A stretch of DNA of 64,000 nucleotides, taken from positions 96,001-160,000 of the forward strand of contig CAVVOP010000019.1 in assembly GCA_963749915.1 (NCBI GenBank), written 5' to 3'. Within the stretch, counting starts at the first letter, position 1, and each line of letters begins with the position of its first letter. Positions 20,428 through 30,105 of this stretch are shown one piece after another. The notes beneath the pieces are model-generated. The model was not told where the DNA came from. It ran no database searches and worked only from the letters and a program-made list of their open reading frames with translations. The position numbers were made by a program, and so were the translations under genes. This DNA comes from an uncultured cyanobacterium (GTDB taxonomy: Bacteria > Cyanobacteriota > Cyanobacteriia > Cyanobacteriales > Cyanobacteriaceae).

Positions 20428-21891
20428 TTAATTTACTAAATCTATTTCTCCAGATTGAACTAATGCCCATTTGTTTTTAGTATTTTGTTTAACGATGGCA
20501 GGTTTTATTATACTAATTTGATTTCCTTTCAATGTTTGAGATAAATTACCATTACAAATAAATAATTGTGACTTTTTAATTTGTTGTAGAGTTTGAGAAT
20601 TAAATGGAGTATGAGGATCTAAAAATAGATAAAAGTCTCCGTTATTACTATTACTTGCCACAATATAGTATTCTCCTTGACGGTTGTTATTTTCTAATTC
20701 TACTAAACCTTCCCATGTACCCGCTAAAACTTTATTAACAGTATCTTTTGTCATACTTACCCGAATAGCATTTTTTAATAAGCCTTGAGGATTTTCTCTA
20801 TATAAATTTATCAATCTCACATCTTCTGACATTGGGGGAGGCGGCGGTGGTGTTTCTTTATGAATGGTATTAGAATATTGTTGTTGCAAAGATGTGGCAT
20901 CTCTATCACTATCATTCACTGATGGAGGGTTATTTATTTGAAATTCTAATTGTCTGAATTGTTGCTGAACTATAGAGAATTGTGTTTGAGAAAAAGTATT
21001 TAACTCATTAACTTTATCTTGTAAGATTTTTATTTGCTGGTTAAGATATTGATCTTTTCCTTCAAATTCTTCCATGGCATTTTTTTGATGTTTTATTACT
21101 CTAAGTAATTCTCCATTTTTCTTTTTTAGATCCCTAATTAGTAAAGTATTAATAATTGATAATATGGTAACTACTAATCCCAAAACTGAACCAGTTATTA
21201 TAAGTATTAAGACTAGTTTATTCCCTTGATTCTTGTTGTCATTTATATCTACTAAGTTTTCGCTATTAACTGATTTATTTATTGTTTTTATATGGTCTTC
21301 TATTTGTTTGTTTTTTTCGGAGAAAAATGTTGCTAAATTATCATAGGTTTTGTCAGTAAAATTACCGCAATCATTATCATTTTTATTCTGAACAACTCCT
21401 AACGGTATTTGAATATTCTCGCAAATTTCCTTTTCATCTAATTTACCATCCTCGAATAATTTAATAATAGAAGCTATATTTGGGTCTTTTGTTTCTCCTT
21501 CAGTTGCATCGTTGGGTATTTTTATTAACATTAATAAAGATTCAATGTTATTATCATCAACAACTATAGCTTTTAAGCTGTTTGTTGCAGTTGTTAAATT
21601 CTCCAAATCTTTTGGGATTTTCGGGTCAATATTTTCAATAATCTTCGGTTCTGGTGATTTTTCACTTTCTTTTTTTAGTTTTATTAATAATTGTCCATTT
21701 TCTTTGATATTTTCAGCAAAAATTTGATACTTATCTTCAATTTCTTTATTTAATTTTTCAATTTGGTATTTTTTCATTATTTCTTGTTGCGATATATCAT
21801 TCTTCCCAAAAATTGATTCCAAGTTACATCCTGTTAAAAGGAAGGGAAATAAAAAACTTAATAAAATTAATTTAATGGCTTTATTGTTCAT
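20428..21891 (-). CDS. Putative lipoprotein with internal TM helix, coiled coil and C-terminal shared domain
   Basis: Lipobox LLTGC; TM LVLILIITGSVLGLVVTILSII; poly-Pro linker. Confidence 0.8.
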   Translation of the reverse strand: MNNKAIKLILLSFLFPFLLTGCNLESIFGKNDISQQEIMKKYQIEKLNKEIEDKYQIFAENIKENGQLLIKLKKESEKSPEPKIIENIDPKIPKDLENLTTATNSLKAIVVDDNNIESLLMLIKIPNDATEGETKDPNIASIIKLFEDGKLDEKEICENIQIPLGVVQNKNDNDCGNFTDKTYDNLATFFSEKNKQIEDHIKTINKSVNSENLVDINDNKNQGNKLVLILIITGSVLGLVVTILSIINTLLIRDLKKKNGELLRVIKHQKNAMEEFEGKDQYLNQQIKILQDKVNELNTFSQTQFSIVQQQFRQLEFQINNPPSVNDSDRDATSLQQQYSNTIHKETPPPPPPMSEDVRLINLYRENPQGLLKNAIRVSMTKDTVNKVLAGTWEGLVELENNNRQGEYYIVASNSNNGDFYLFLDPHTPFNSQTLQQIKKSQLFICNGNLSQTLKGNQISIIKPAIVKQNTKNKWALVQSGEIDLVN

Positions 21892-21907
21892 AATAACCTC
21901 TGAGTAA

Positions 21908-22813
21908 TTAATAATTAAAATTTAAAATACCTTTATCGGATAACCGCCATTGATTTTGATTAACTTCAAAAACTTTGGCCGGCTTAATTACTTGAAAATT
22001 TTTGGATAAATGTTCTTGATAACCTCGTAACTCAAAAATAGTCTTGACCGTTTTAAGATTAGTATTAATTTTTAAATTTAAATCTGGTAACAAATAATAG
22101 CCCCCAGTTTCTAACTTTACAATCCAATAATCACTTTGATTCGAGTCTTGAAAAATTATTTCATTAGCTTTGTTTAGGTAAATATCTTCTAAAGTTTTTT
22201 TAGTGGGGGTAACTTTATAAGCATAATTAGCTAAAAAATTCGGATTATTATAATATTGCTCAATTACATATTGTTCATAATGATCTAGTTCCTGGTAAGG
22301 GGTTATATGTGGAGAATTAGTATTTTCTGAATTAGGGTTATTCTCGGTAAATTTTGTGTCCCCTAAATTGATAGAGTTAAAAGTTTCCATAGATGTTGAT
22401 TGGGTTTGAATTGATAAATCCTTAAGAGATTCTCTGACAATTTTTTTTATTCGACTGTATAAATCTGCTAGAATTTCTTGTTTCAGATTGCTAGATTGAC
22501 TATCCTGATTGGATAAATCATCTACTTGCTTTTCAAGTTCAGAAAGACGAATTTTTAATTCTAATAACTCATTGACCAAATTCTGGGATTCTTCCATTTT
22601 TTTTCTCAACTCATTTCTTTCTTTTCTATAATTATTTGCCCTGTAACAGGCAATTCTTGCCCAATCTTCATTTTTTTTGAGGATTTGTGCCGATGAAATT
22701 TTTTGATTTCCTGAATATAAAGTTAAATCCCAATTACAATATGCACATTCCCCTTGATTTTTTACATATTCAACACCACAAATAGGACATTTTTTTTTGT
22801 TAGCTGAAAACAT
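21908..22813 (-). CDS. Zinc-ribbon / coiled-coil protein with C-terminal shared domain
   Basis: CPICG...CAYCNW; heptad-rich middle region. Confidence 0.8.
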   Translation of the reverse strand: MFSANKKKCPICGVEYVKNQGECAYCNWDLTLYSGNQKISSAQILKKNEDWARIACYRANNYRKERNELRKKMEESQNLVNELLELKIRLSELEKQVDDLSNQDSQSSNLKQEILADLYSRIKKIVRESLKDLSIQTQSTSMETFNSINLGDTKFTENNPNSENTNSPHITPYQELDHYEQYVIEQYYNNPNFLANYAYKVTPTKKTLEDIYLNKANEIIFQDSNQSDYWIVKLETGGYYLLPDLNLKINTNLKTVKTIFELRGYQEHLSKNFQVIKPAKVFEVNQNQWRLSDKGILNFNY

Positions 22814-22916
22814 AATTTCATGGACTAATGTTAATAGTATTTACCCTAAAATGGAGGCTAATTTTGATCCTCCCAACCCCCCCATCACATCAATAAGGGG
22901 GCAATGGATAGGATGA

Positions 22917-25900
22917 TTAATCTTTATAAGAGTCTGCCCATCTTCTGCCTAGAACATGGAGTAAGGATTTTAAACCCATAATAAAGGGGGTTTTTTCCCT
23001 GATATTTTTGGCATCTCCTCTCACATCTAGTAATTCATTTTCCAGGTGATATTTGACCTCTCGCCACAATTCACTGTTTTTATCCTCTTGAGCCGAATCT
23101 TTTTCGTTTTTTTCCGCCGGTTTTTGGGGTTTATAATCTGATTTTGCTAAGGGTTTAATAGTTTCCAAATTTAAAGATTTGATCCCCCCATGAAACTCGT
23201 ATAAAAATCGCTCTAAATGATCGAGGTTAGGAATATCAAACTTGGTAATATTACCCTCTAAATGGAGGCGAGATTGCCAGTTATTTTTCTCCTGAAATTC
23301 CTCATCATCATCATGATATTCGACATAGTAATCCTCTCCGGCGATGGGTTGTTTTTCCTTGTTTTCAGTCATTCCCGTTAATTCCGTTTGACTGAGAACT
23401 AAACCACAGGCTACTTCATGTTTCGGACGAGTGCTAAGGCGTGTTTTTTCGTGAGTATCTTTGAACCCTGAGCCTTTACTTAACATCAGACTAAGTAGTT
23501 TATTAAACTCGGTATTTTGGTCAAATTTACCCGTAGGAGAAAGCCAATGTAAGAAGCGAGACGCATTACCGCCAATATAAACAGGGGTAATCTGATCCTT
23601 ACTATATTTGCCTTGTTTATGAAGTACTTGCAAAATTAGACCAACATAGTAATATAAACCAGCAACTCCGATGGCCGTGAGGGTGACTAAACGCTGAAAA
23701 TACTCATCCTCATTTTTGTAGATCCGTTTTTTATTTAACCATTCCTCTGCCTTATGACGCAAAGCCACATCAATATTGGTCATGATGGAATATTCGCTTA
23801 AACCTGTCCAATCATTGGGGGTAAATTCCTTCATCAACTTTTGGGCGTAACGGGGATTCATGGCGATAATCTCCGAAAAAATATTTCTTCCAGCTAATAA
23901 GACCGAACATTGATAAACGATTTTGCGGTTTTCCCAAATAGATATATCTGAAGTGCCGCCTCCCATGTCAATACAAGTACTGCGAATTAGAGGATGTTTT
24001 TCTTTATCGTTGAAATATTGAGCTAAGGCTACGCTTTCTGTACAAAAACGCTGAGTATCATCAATGGTAGGACAAGAATAGGTTATCCCTGTTTTCGGGC
24101 TTAATTCTTCGGCAATTTCTTCCCAGTTACGATGAAATGTGGTCACGTTGGTATTGGAAAAAGCACTGGGATAAGATATACACCATTCAATAGTATTCAT
24201 CCCGGCATGAACCGCTAAAGCCGAGATTTGTAAGGATAAATGACGGAGAAAAACCTTAGAATATCTAAGATTTGACCATTTCAGATCTAATTTTATCCAT
24301 TGTTTATTGGGATCAAATTCCGTGGGATCGGGGACAAAGATACGACCATCTAAAATGGGTTGTAATTCTCCCTCATCTTCACCGTTTTTCGTGGTAAGTA
24401 CTGTGCACAATGGTAAAGGATCCTCAGACGGCAGAAATTGGGCAGGGATAAAACTTTCAATTAAAGCAGGGAAACGAGTGGCGATAGGACTTTCAGTTAT
24501 ATTCAGTTGTAAATTTTTGTTGATATCCAGGGGAAAATCACCGCTATTGTCACCTTTAACATAAACGTTAGTAAAAGATGTACCAAAGTCAACCCCCACT
24601 CGCCATGTACCTCGTGAGTTAATTTCTGGAGGAGTTGACAGTAAAATTAAGCCAATGTCCCGATAGTAGCTATCTTTACACACCACATGGGTAGGCATTT
24701 CTTGAAGGGTGGAAAGTTGGTATGATCCTGTACCATCAGGGGCTTTGAAACTTCGGGCTTGTTGGTTAGGGAAGTAAACTTTAAAGGTCTCCTCTCCATA
24801 GTCACCATCATAGTAAAAAGTATAGTATTGTTGCCAATTTTTTGCTCGAAAGTTAGGCCAAACCGTTAACACAGGTAAATATTTGATGGCATTTTCTTCC
24901 TGGAGAATATACTCTTTTTGGAGGCGGTAACTTTGGAATTGATTTTGATTAGGGATACCTGATAGGGGAATGGTCAAGGTTATACGAATTCCCTGCCCAT
25001 TAATATTATTAAAAGGCTCTAATTGAATTTTACCGATCAGATCTTCGGGGGTAAAGTACCTTAATAAAATCGGATTGAGGGGGATTAGGGGAGTTACTTT
25101 TTCGCCGTTAAAGGTTATCGGTAGGGTTGTTTTTGGTAGTAAACCTCCGGGTAATGCGTCTTCGAGATCTAAAAATCCTAATTCTTCTAAAAATAATTCT
25201 TCGGAGGTAATCCAATTCACATCATCCCAAACTAATGTGCCATCTCGCAGATCTTTTACGTTTAAGGAGGCTAAAGTGCGATCTTTGTGTACCCAAATAT
25301 TTTGTTTGGGTTGTCCCCAATATTCAGCGATATTCTCATCGATGATAATCAGGGGTTTAGCGTTAGTTTTGATGGCACTGGGAATTACTCTAAGATTAGA
25401 GGGTTTAGGGGGAATTTTGATGGGTTGATTGAGTAAAATTAACGCTCCTCGGTTAATGGATTCACCGAAAAAGTTGGGATTATCACTAAGATTTAAAGGG
25501 GGTATTCCTTGATCATTGATTTGTAAATCCTTACGGAATTGACTGATTAACCCCATCATTTTATTGAGGGCGATCGCAGTGCCATTATAGGCGACGAGAT
25601 TATTTTGGATATTTTCTAACCAACGCCACAATAATTCCTTCGATTCTTGATTCAAATAAGGTTCAGGGCTTACTAACATCCCATCTTGCCACCACCGCAA
25701 CCCGTCCCATTTTCCTTCCTCCGAGGTACAAACAAGGGTACTCGGGCTTGTCATTCCCACTGTTTTACCATTCCACAGGAACACATAAACTTCTTCCCAA
25801 GGGTTTTTATTATCTCTGGTGTAAAGGGCGTTAACAGGTTCAGGCATTAGTTGATAAAGGGCATCTCCAAAGGGTTGGAATCGTTGTTGAGAGAGATCTA

Positions 25901-26207
25901 AAAACTGGACTTTTAAATCGAATCCTTCTACTTCCGCCAAGGCGATCGCGGCCATCATCCCTCGCCATTGTGCCACCATCGCCTTATGAATGGGGTGATT
26001 AGTGTCATAAAGTGCCATTTCCATGATCAGAGGACGTGCCCACATGGTAGGGACGGAACTGACACTTTTAATAACTCCTGGGGCTTGATAATCGAGGCTA
26101 TCGGCTACATCTCGAAAGGCATTATCCCCCCTGCCTTCCCATTGTCCGGGTTGCCCTCTAGTAATGTTGGTATCGTCTTTTAACTTCGATAACAGTAAAT
26201 CTGCCAT
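22917..26207 (-). CDS. Large protein with C-terminal actin/Hsp70-fold ATPase domain
   Basis: GVDFGTS (phosphate 1), ESVA (connect 1), IDMGGGTSD (phosphate 2), IGGNASR (adenosine), PKHEVACG (connect 2). Confidence 0.85.
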   Translation of the reverse strand: MADLLLSKLKDDTNITRGQPGQWEGRGDNAFRDVADSLDYQAPGVIKSVSSVPTMWARPLIMEMALYDTNHPIHKAMVAQWRGMMAAIALAEVEGFDLKVQFLDLSQQRFQPFGDALYQLMPEPVNALYTRDNKNPWEEVYVFLWNGKTVGMTSPSTLVCTSEEGKWDGLRWWQDGMLVSPEPYLNQESKELLWRWLENIQNNLVAYNGTAIALNKMMGLISQFRKDLQINDQGIPPLNLSDNPNFFGESINRGALILLNQPIKIPPKPSNLRVIPSAIKTNAKPLIIIDENIAEYWGQPKQNIWVHKDRTLASLNVKDLRDGTLVWDDVNWITSEELFLEELGFLDLEDALPGGLLPKTTLPITFNGEKVTPLIPLNPILLRYFTPEDLIGKIQLEPFNNINGQGIRITLTIPLSGIPNQNQFQSYRLQKEYILQEENAIKYLPVLTVWPNFRAKNWQQYYTFYYDGDYGEETFKVYFPNQQARSFKAPDGTGSYQLSTLQEMPTHVVCKDSYYRDIGLILLSTPPEINSRGTWRVGVDFGTSFTNVYVKGDNSGDFPLDINKNLQLNITESPIATRFPALIESFIPAQFLPSEDPLPLCTVLTTKNGEDEGELQPILDGRIFVPDPTEFDPNKQWIKLDLKWSNLRYSKVFLRHLSLQISALAVHAGMNTIEWCISYPSAFSNTNVTTFHRNWEEIAEELSPKTGITYSCPTIDDTQRFCTESVALAQYFNDKEKHPLIRSTCIDMGGGTSDISIWENRKIVYQCSVLLAGRNIFSEIIAMNPRYAQKLMKEFTPNDWTGLSEYSIMTNIDVALRHKAEEWLNKKRIYKNEDEYFQRLVTLTAIGVAGLYYYVGLILQVLHKQGKYSKDQITPVYIGGNASRFLHWLSPTGKFDQNTEFNKLLSLMLSKGSGFKDTHEKTRLSTRPKHEVACGLVLSQTELTGMTENKEKQPIAGEDYYVEYHDDDEEFQEKNNWQSRLHLEGNITKFDIPNLDHLERFLYEFHGGIKSLNLETIKPLAKSDYKPQKPAEKNEKDSAQEDKNSELWREVKYHLENELLDVRGDAKNIREKTPFIMGLKSLLHVLGRRWADSYKD

Positions 26208-26223
26208 TTTTCAAACCTCTTGA

Positions 26224-27723
26224 TTAAACTTTACAACAAACATAAATCGCTTTAGCCAATCCTGGGACTCCCTGATTTGGTTCGCCAAAATTACTGATAT
26301 CTAAATCACCGATGGCATTTTTGAGGGTCACTGCCGTATCTTGATCGACAATTTCCTTGGTACGGGAGTCATCCCATAATAAATCGCCGAACTTTTCACC
26401 TTTTAAACTACGAGGGTTAACAAAATACTCCCTTGCTTTAAATAAGCGTATGCGTTCGTTATCACAATAGTGAATATCCTTTAACCATCGCAAAAAATCC
26501 ACACACCAGTTATCAATACTTTTAATGGCTTCCTGTTGGTCAGAATCACTCAAATCGGGCAAATGTTTACGGGTTTTCATAAACAAGCTAATTCCCTGAA
26601 AGAATTTATCGAACCAAGCTAAACCGTTTAACTCCTTAATTCCTTGAACTTTAGCTGACTGTAACTGAGGTTGAAAATCCGCTAACCAAATAAAGGCAAA
26701 ACGGGCGGCATTGACCAACTTAATTTTTACCTCCTCAACTTGGGGTATATCATCCCATGTTAAAATCCCTGCCTGGGCACGACTCATGACATGGACACCT
26801 TTTTGGGGATGATCACAGAAAAAATGACGGGCGGCCAAACTGGCATAAAATTCCACAAAATGAGGGCGATTCACTTGAGTATCTTTCCCAACGCTAAACT
26901 CTCCCAATTTTTCCATACTCTGATTGCCGATTAAGTATTTGGTGTCAAATTGTTGGGCTTGTTCTCGGTAATACCTTAAGGCTGCCTCAGTATTCAGTAA
27001 AAACAGGTCTGAACTGGCGTAAACTTGCTCATTACCATTACCTTTGGGAAAATTAAAGTAAGGAAGGGCAAAAATACAACCGATTTTCACTCTATCCCTA
27101 ACGCCGTCTTTTTCTAATTTATTGGCAATCAACCGCCCAACAGTTGGCAAACCTGAAGCACCTGTTCCGCCGAAAATTGAGCCACACAGTAAAACTTTAG
27201 CATTACTGCCACTACTCGCATTGTTTTCGATTTCATTGATAAAACTTCGCCAAGGTTCTTCTTCTAGCCGTTCGAGATTTATTTGAGTCATAATACTCGA
27301 TCCAATGGCTGGTCTGCCTCGAAAACCAACTTCTAAAGAGACTTTTCGCTCATTCTCAGTATAGAGAACATCGAATAAATTAGCTAAGGATGGAGAAGTT
27401 TGTTTGAGGGTATCATAGGCAAAAAATGACCCCAGTTTGCGATCGGCATTATTTTTAGTAAAAGGTGACCAAACCCCATAAGATTCAATGTTAGTGGTCA
27501 TCCAAGGGCATTCTTGATGTTTTCCCTGCAATAACTGATAACATTTTTGATAGAGACTGAGGCTCGTTTGTGATCGCTGTAAATTACCGTTAGTTTCATC
27601 GGCATCAATAAATAAAATTCTTAACTTATTGGTAGGAATTAAACCCACGGAGGTCAATTGAATAATTGCCTCAACACATTTAGCACCTGTACCACCAATA
27701 CCCACAACATAAAAACTCATCAT
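26224..27723 (-). CDS. Divergent FtsZ/tubulin-superfamily GTPase
   Basis: VVGIGGTG (T1), IDAD, GFRGRPAIG (T3-like), GSIFGGTGASG (tubulin signature variant). Confidence 0.88.
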   Translation of the reverse strand: MMSFYVVGIGGTGAKCVEAIIQLTSVGLIPTNKLRILFIDADETNGNLQRSQTSLSLYQKCYQLLQGKHQECPWMTTNIESYGVWSPFTKNNADRKLGSFFAYDTLKQTSPSLANLFDVLYTENERKVSLEVGFRGRPAIGSSIMTQINLERLEEEPWRSFINEIENNASSGSNAKVLLCGSIFGGTGASGLPTVGRLIANKLEKDGVRDRVKIGCIFALPYFNFPKGNGNEQVYASSDLFLLNTEAALRYYREQAQQFDTKYLIGNQSMEKLGEFSVGKDTQVNRPHFVEFYASLAARHFFCDHPQKGVHVMSRAQAGILTWDDIPQVEEVKIKLVNAARFAFIWLADFQPQLQSAKVQGIKELNGLAWFDKFFQGISLFMKTRKHLPDLSDSDQQEAIKSIDNWCVDFLRWLKDIHYCDNERIRLFKAREYFVNPRSLKGEKFGDLLWDDSRTKEIVDQDTAVTLKNAIGDLDISNFGEPNQGVPGLAKAIYVCCKV

Positions 27724-27846
27724 TTTTCCCCTATTTTATTTAGACATCTCCAAAAAATTCAACTCGAAATCAATTGTAGGATTGGGAATCATTAATTTTA
27801 TCCACTATTACCTATCTATTCCCCGACTTCTGAAAAAAGTCCATGG

Positions 27847-28335
27847 TTAATTTCTATTCATGAGGCCATTAACCATTATCGCCCCAGGTACGGTTTTCTT
27901 TTTCAATAGTCCTGGGGTACTGGTAACGGTGGGTAGCCAATAAAGTAAAAATAAAGAGTTGAACAAGAATAACCCCATCATGGAAATTAAAGTTTCTTGA
28001 ATTAACTCCCCATTCTGATCTTGATTATTAAAGTAAACCGTTGCACTGACGATGATTACCAGTAGTAATAAACCTATATACCAGAGTAGCTTAAAGGAAC
28101 TGGCATTACCATGTTGATTTTTTAGGAGTACAACATACCATAAAATAGTAAAGCTAAGGGAAAAAGCAAAAATAATCCAAGCCGCTAAGGTATATTGTTT
28201 AACCCAATCACTGAAAGGAATACTCCTAATTACCCCGAAAAATTTTTGCTCATAAAGTAACGGTTGTAACCACATCATAAGTATAAAACCCACTAAGGCA
28301 AAGATGATGATTCTAATAATTTCGCCGACTTTCAT
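27847..28335 (-). CDS. Integral membrane protein (about 4 TM helices)
   Basis: Four hydrophobic segments; first gene of the leftward arm. Confidence 0.8.
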   Translation of the reverse strand: MKVGEIIRIIIFALVGFILMMWLQPLLYEQKFFGVIRSIPFSDWVKQYTLAAWIIFAFSLSFTILWYVVLLKNQHGNASSFKLLWYIGLLLLVIIVSATVYFNNQDQNGELIQETLISMMGLFLFNSLFLLYWLPTVTSTPGLLKKKTVPGAIMVNGLMNRN

Positions 28336-28504
28336 TATTTTTAATGTCGATAATTAGGTTTAGTTTTGATACTAAAGTTGTTATACTGTAAAATATATAA
28401 AACTTCAATATCTATCTCAAATAAGAAACGCTATTTAATACTTATTCGACAACTTACGATATATTTACATTGTAAACGAACATATAGAAAACGATAGTTA
28501 ATTC

Positions 28505-30064
28505 ATGGGTAACGTTGGTAAAAATACCTTTAAATCCTTACTTTTTATTATTTTGTCCATATCTCTGTTGTCGAGTTGCCAAAAAACTCCCGAGGAAGAG
28601 TTAGCCTGTAATACAGATTCGAGACCAGCAAAAGTTAATATAGAAAATACCGATAGTAAATTAGATATATCCGTCAATGTGGATGGTAGTGATTCGATGG
28701 TGGGTTATGTAACTATTCCTAACAATAACTATAGTAAAGTCTTAGAATTAATAGCCAATGCCGTTATCAGTACCAATACGGTGAATGTAGAGTATAAGCG
28801 CATTGGAGATGATAAAACCCTCACCCGTAACGATTTCCGCAAAGACGCCACCTCTAAGGTTTTTTATGGTGGCAATGATAGCATTTATAAACCTGTTTCT
28901 AGTCCTATTCACTCTGCCATTACTCCCCCAGTGGCGGGAAAATATAAGTTAACGATTATTGTCACGGATTTAGAGGGAGATGATGGAGGAAAAATTGCCG
29001 AAATTTTAGCACAAAATTACTTAAATAATGATGAAAAAAATCGAGATTATACTGTCGGTATTTGGGGGGTAAAAAGTCAGTTTAACGGTACTATTTATGA
29101 TCCCAATACTGGCAGGGCTAAATTTAATTATAGTACCCAGGGAAAAAAAGCCGATGGTTTTCGTCCTTTCTATGTTTTATTTGTGGGTAAATATGATCAC
29201 ATCGCTAAATATTTTGATGAGTTTAAAAAACTAGATACTCAAATTCAAAATGATAGTCATATGTTTATTTTTCCTACTCAAAAAATGGTAGAAAATCCCA
29301 TTAATTTAGGTACTCTTGACGAGAGAAAAAATAATAGTAAATTACCACAAAATCAGCAATTAGAAAGAGTTTTTGCTCTACAGGATAATCATGTTATTGT
29401 TGACGTAAAAAATCCTCACAATCAACCTTACGAATTATTAAGTATAGTTAATGATAGCGATCCAAAACCGACTATTCATTATCAAGTTTCTTTTCCCCAA
29501 ATTAATAATATTAAAGAGGATAGTTATTCGTTATACATTGACGAAAACAACTTAAAAACTAAAACCAAAGTATTTACTTTTAACTCTAATAATCAAGTTA
29601 ATAAAGTAACGGAATCTACTCCCGAAGAATCAGAATCGGATACTGAGGAAAAAAATACTAAGAAAAAAGATCAACCTAAAAAAGTTGATAATGAATTAAA
29701 TAATGCCTATGAAAAAAAGTTCTTTAAACTCAATTCTAGTAATTCTTTACAACAGGGATTAGTAGTTAAAGATTTAAAGTTGGATAAGGAAAAAGAAACC
29801 TTACAATTTATCACCGATATTAATTTAAATAGTTTGCCAAATTCGGAAATTTATTTATTTGAAGTTGATTTAATTTTAACAGATTTAACAGGGTTAGACT
29901 GGTGGAATAGTTGGAGTACTAATAGTCAAAGTAATGATGGCTCAAAAACACAAAATTTGTCTATTTTTATGAATAAATTAAAGAGTTTAACATTGCAAAA
30001 TTTCAGCAATCAGGATGGGGATCCAGTCATTGGTACTTTTTGTTTTGCCCTTCAAAAAAATTAA
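28505..30064 (+). CDS. Lipoprotein with vWA-like domain
   Basis: Lipobox LLSSC; VDGSDSM (MIDAS DxSxS) and IIVTDLE. Confidence 0.75.
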   Translation: MGNVGKNTFKSLLFIILSISLLSSCQKTPEEELACNTDSRPAKVNIENTDSKLDISVNVDGSDSMVGYVTIPNNNYSKVLELIANAVISTNTVNVEYKRIGDDKTLTRNDFRKDATSKVFYGGNDSIYKPVSSPIHSAITPPVAGKYKLTIIVTDLEGDDGGKIAEILAQNYLNNDEKNRDYTVGIWGVKSQFNGTIYDPNTGRAKFNYSTQGKKADGFRPFYVLFVGKYDHIAKYFDEFKKLDTQIQNDSHMFIFPTQKMVENPINLGTLDERKNNSKLPQNQQLERVFALQDNHVIVDVKNPHNQPYELLSIVNDSDPKPTIHYQVSFPQINNIKEDSYSLYIDENNLKTKTKVFTFNSNNQVNKVTESTPEESESDTEEKNTKKKDQPKKVDNELNNAYEKKFFKLNSSNSLQQGLVVKDLKLDKEKETLQFITDINLNSLPNSEIYLFEVDLILTDLTGLDWWNSWSTNSQSNDGSKTQNLSIFMNKLKSLTLQNFSNQDGDPVIGTFCFALQKN

Positions 30065-30105
30065 ATAGATTTATGTAAATTTTATCGACGAAAAATTTAT
30101 AATCT

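Noticed and set aside
22917..26207. Calling this gene dnaK, mreB or ftsA
   Set aside because: Only the fold motifs are shared; size and architecture differ
26224..27723. Calling this gene ftsZ
   Set aside because: Variant signature, no FtsZ C-terminal motifs, no dcw context
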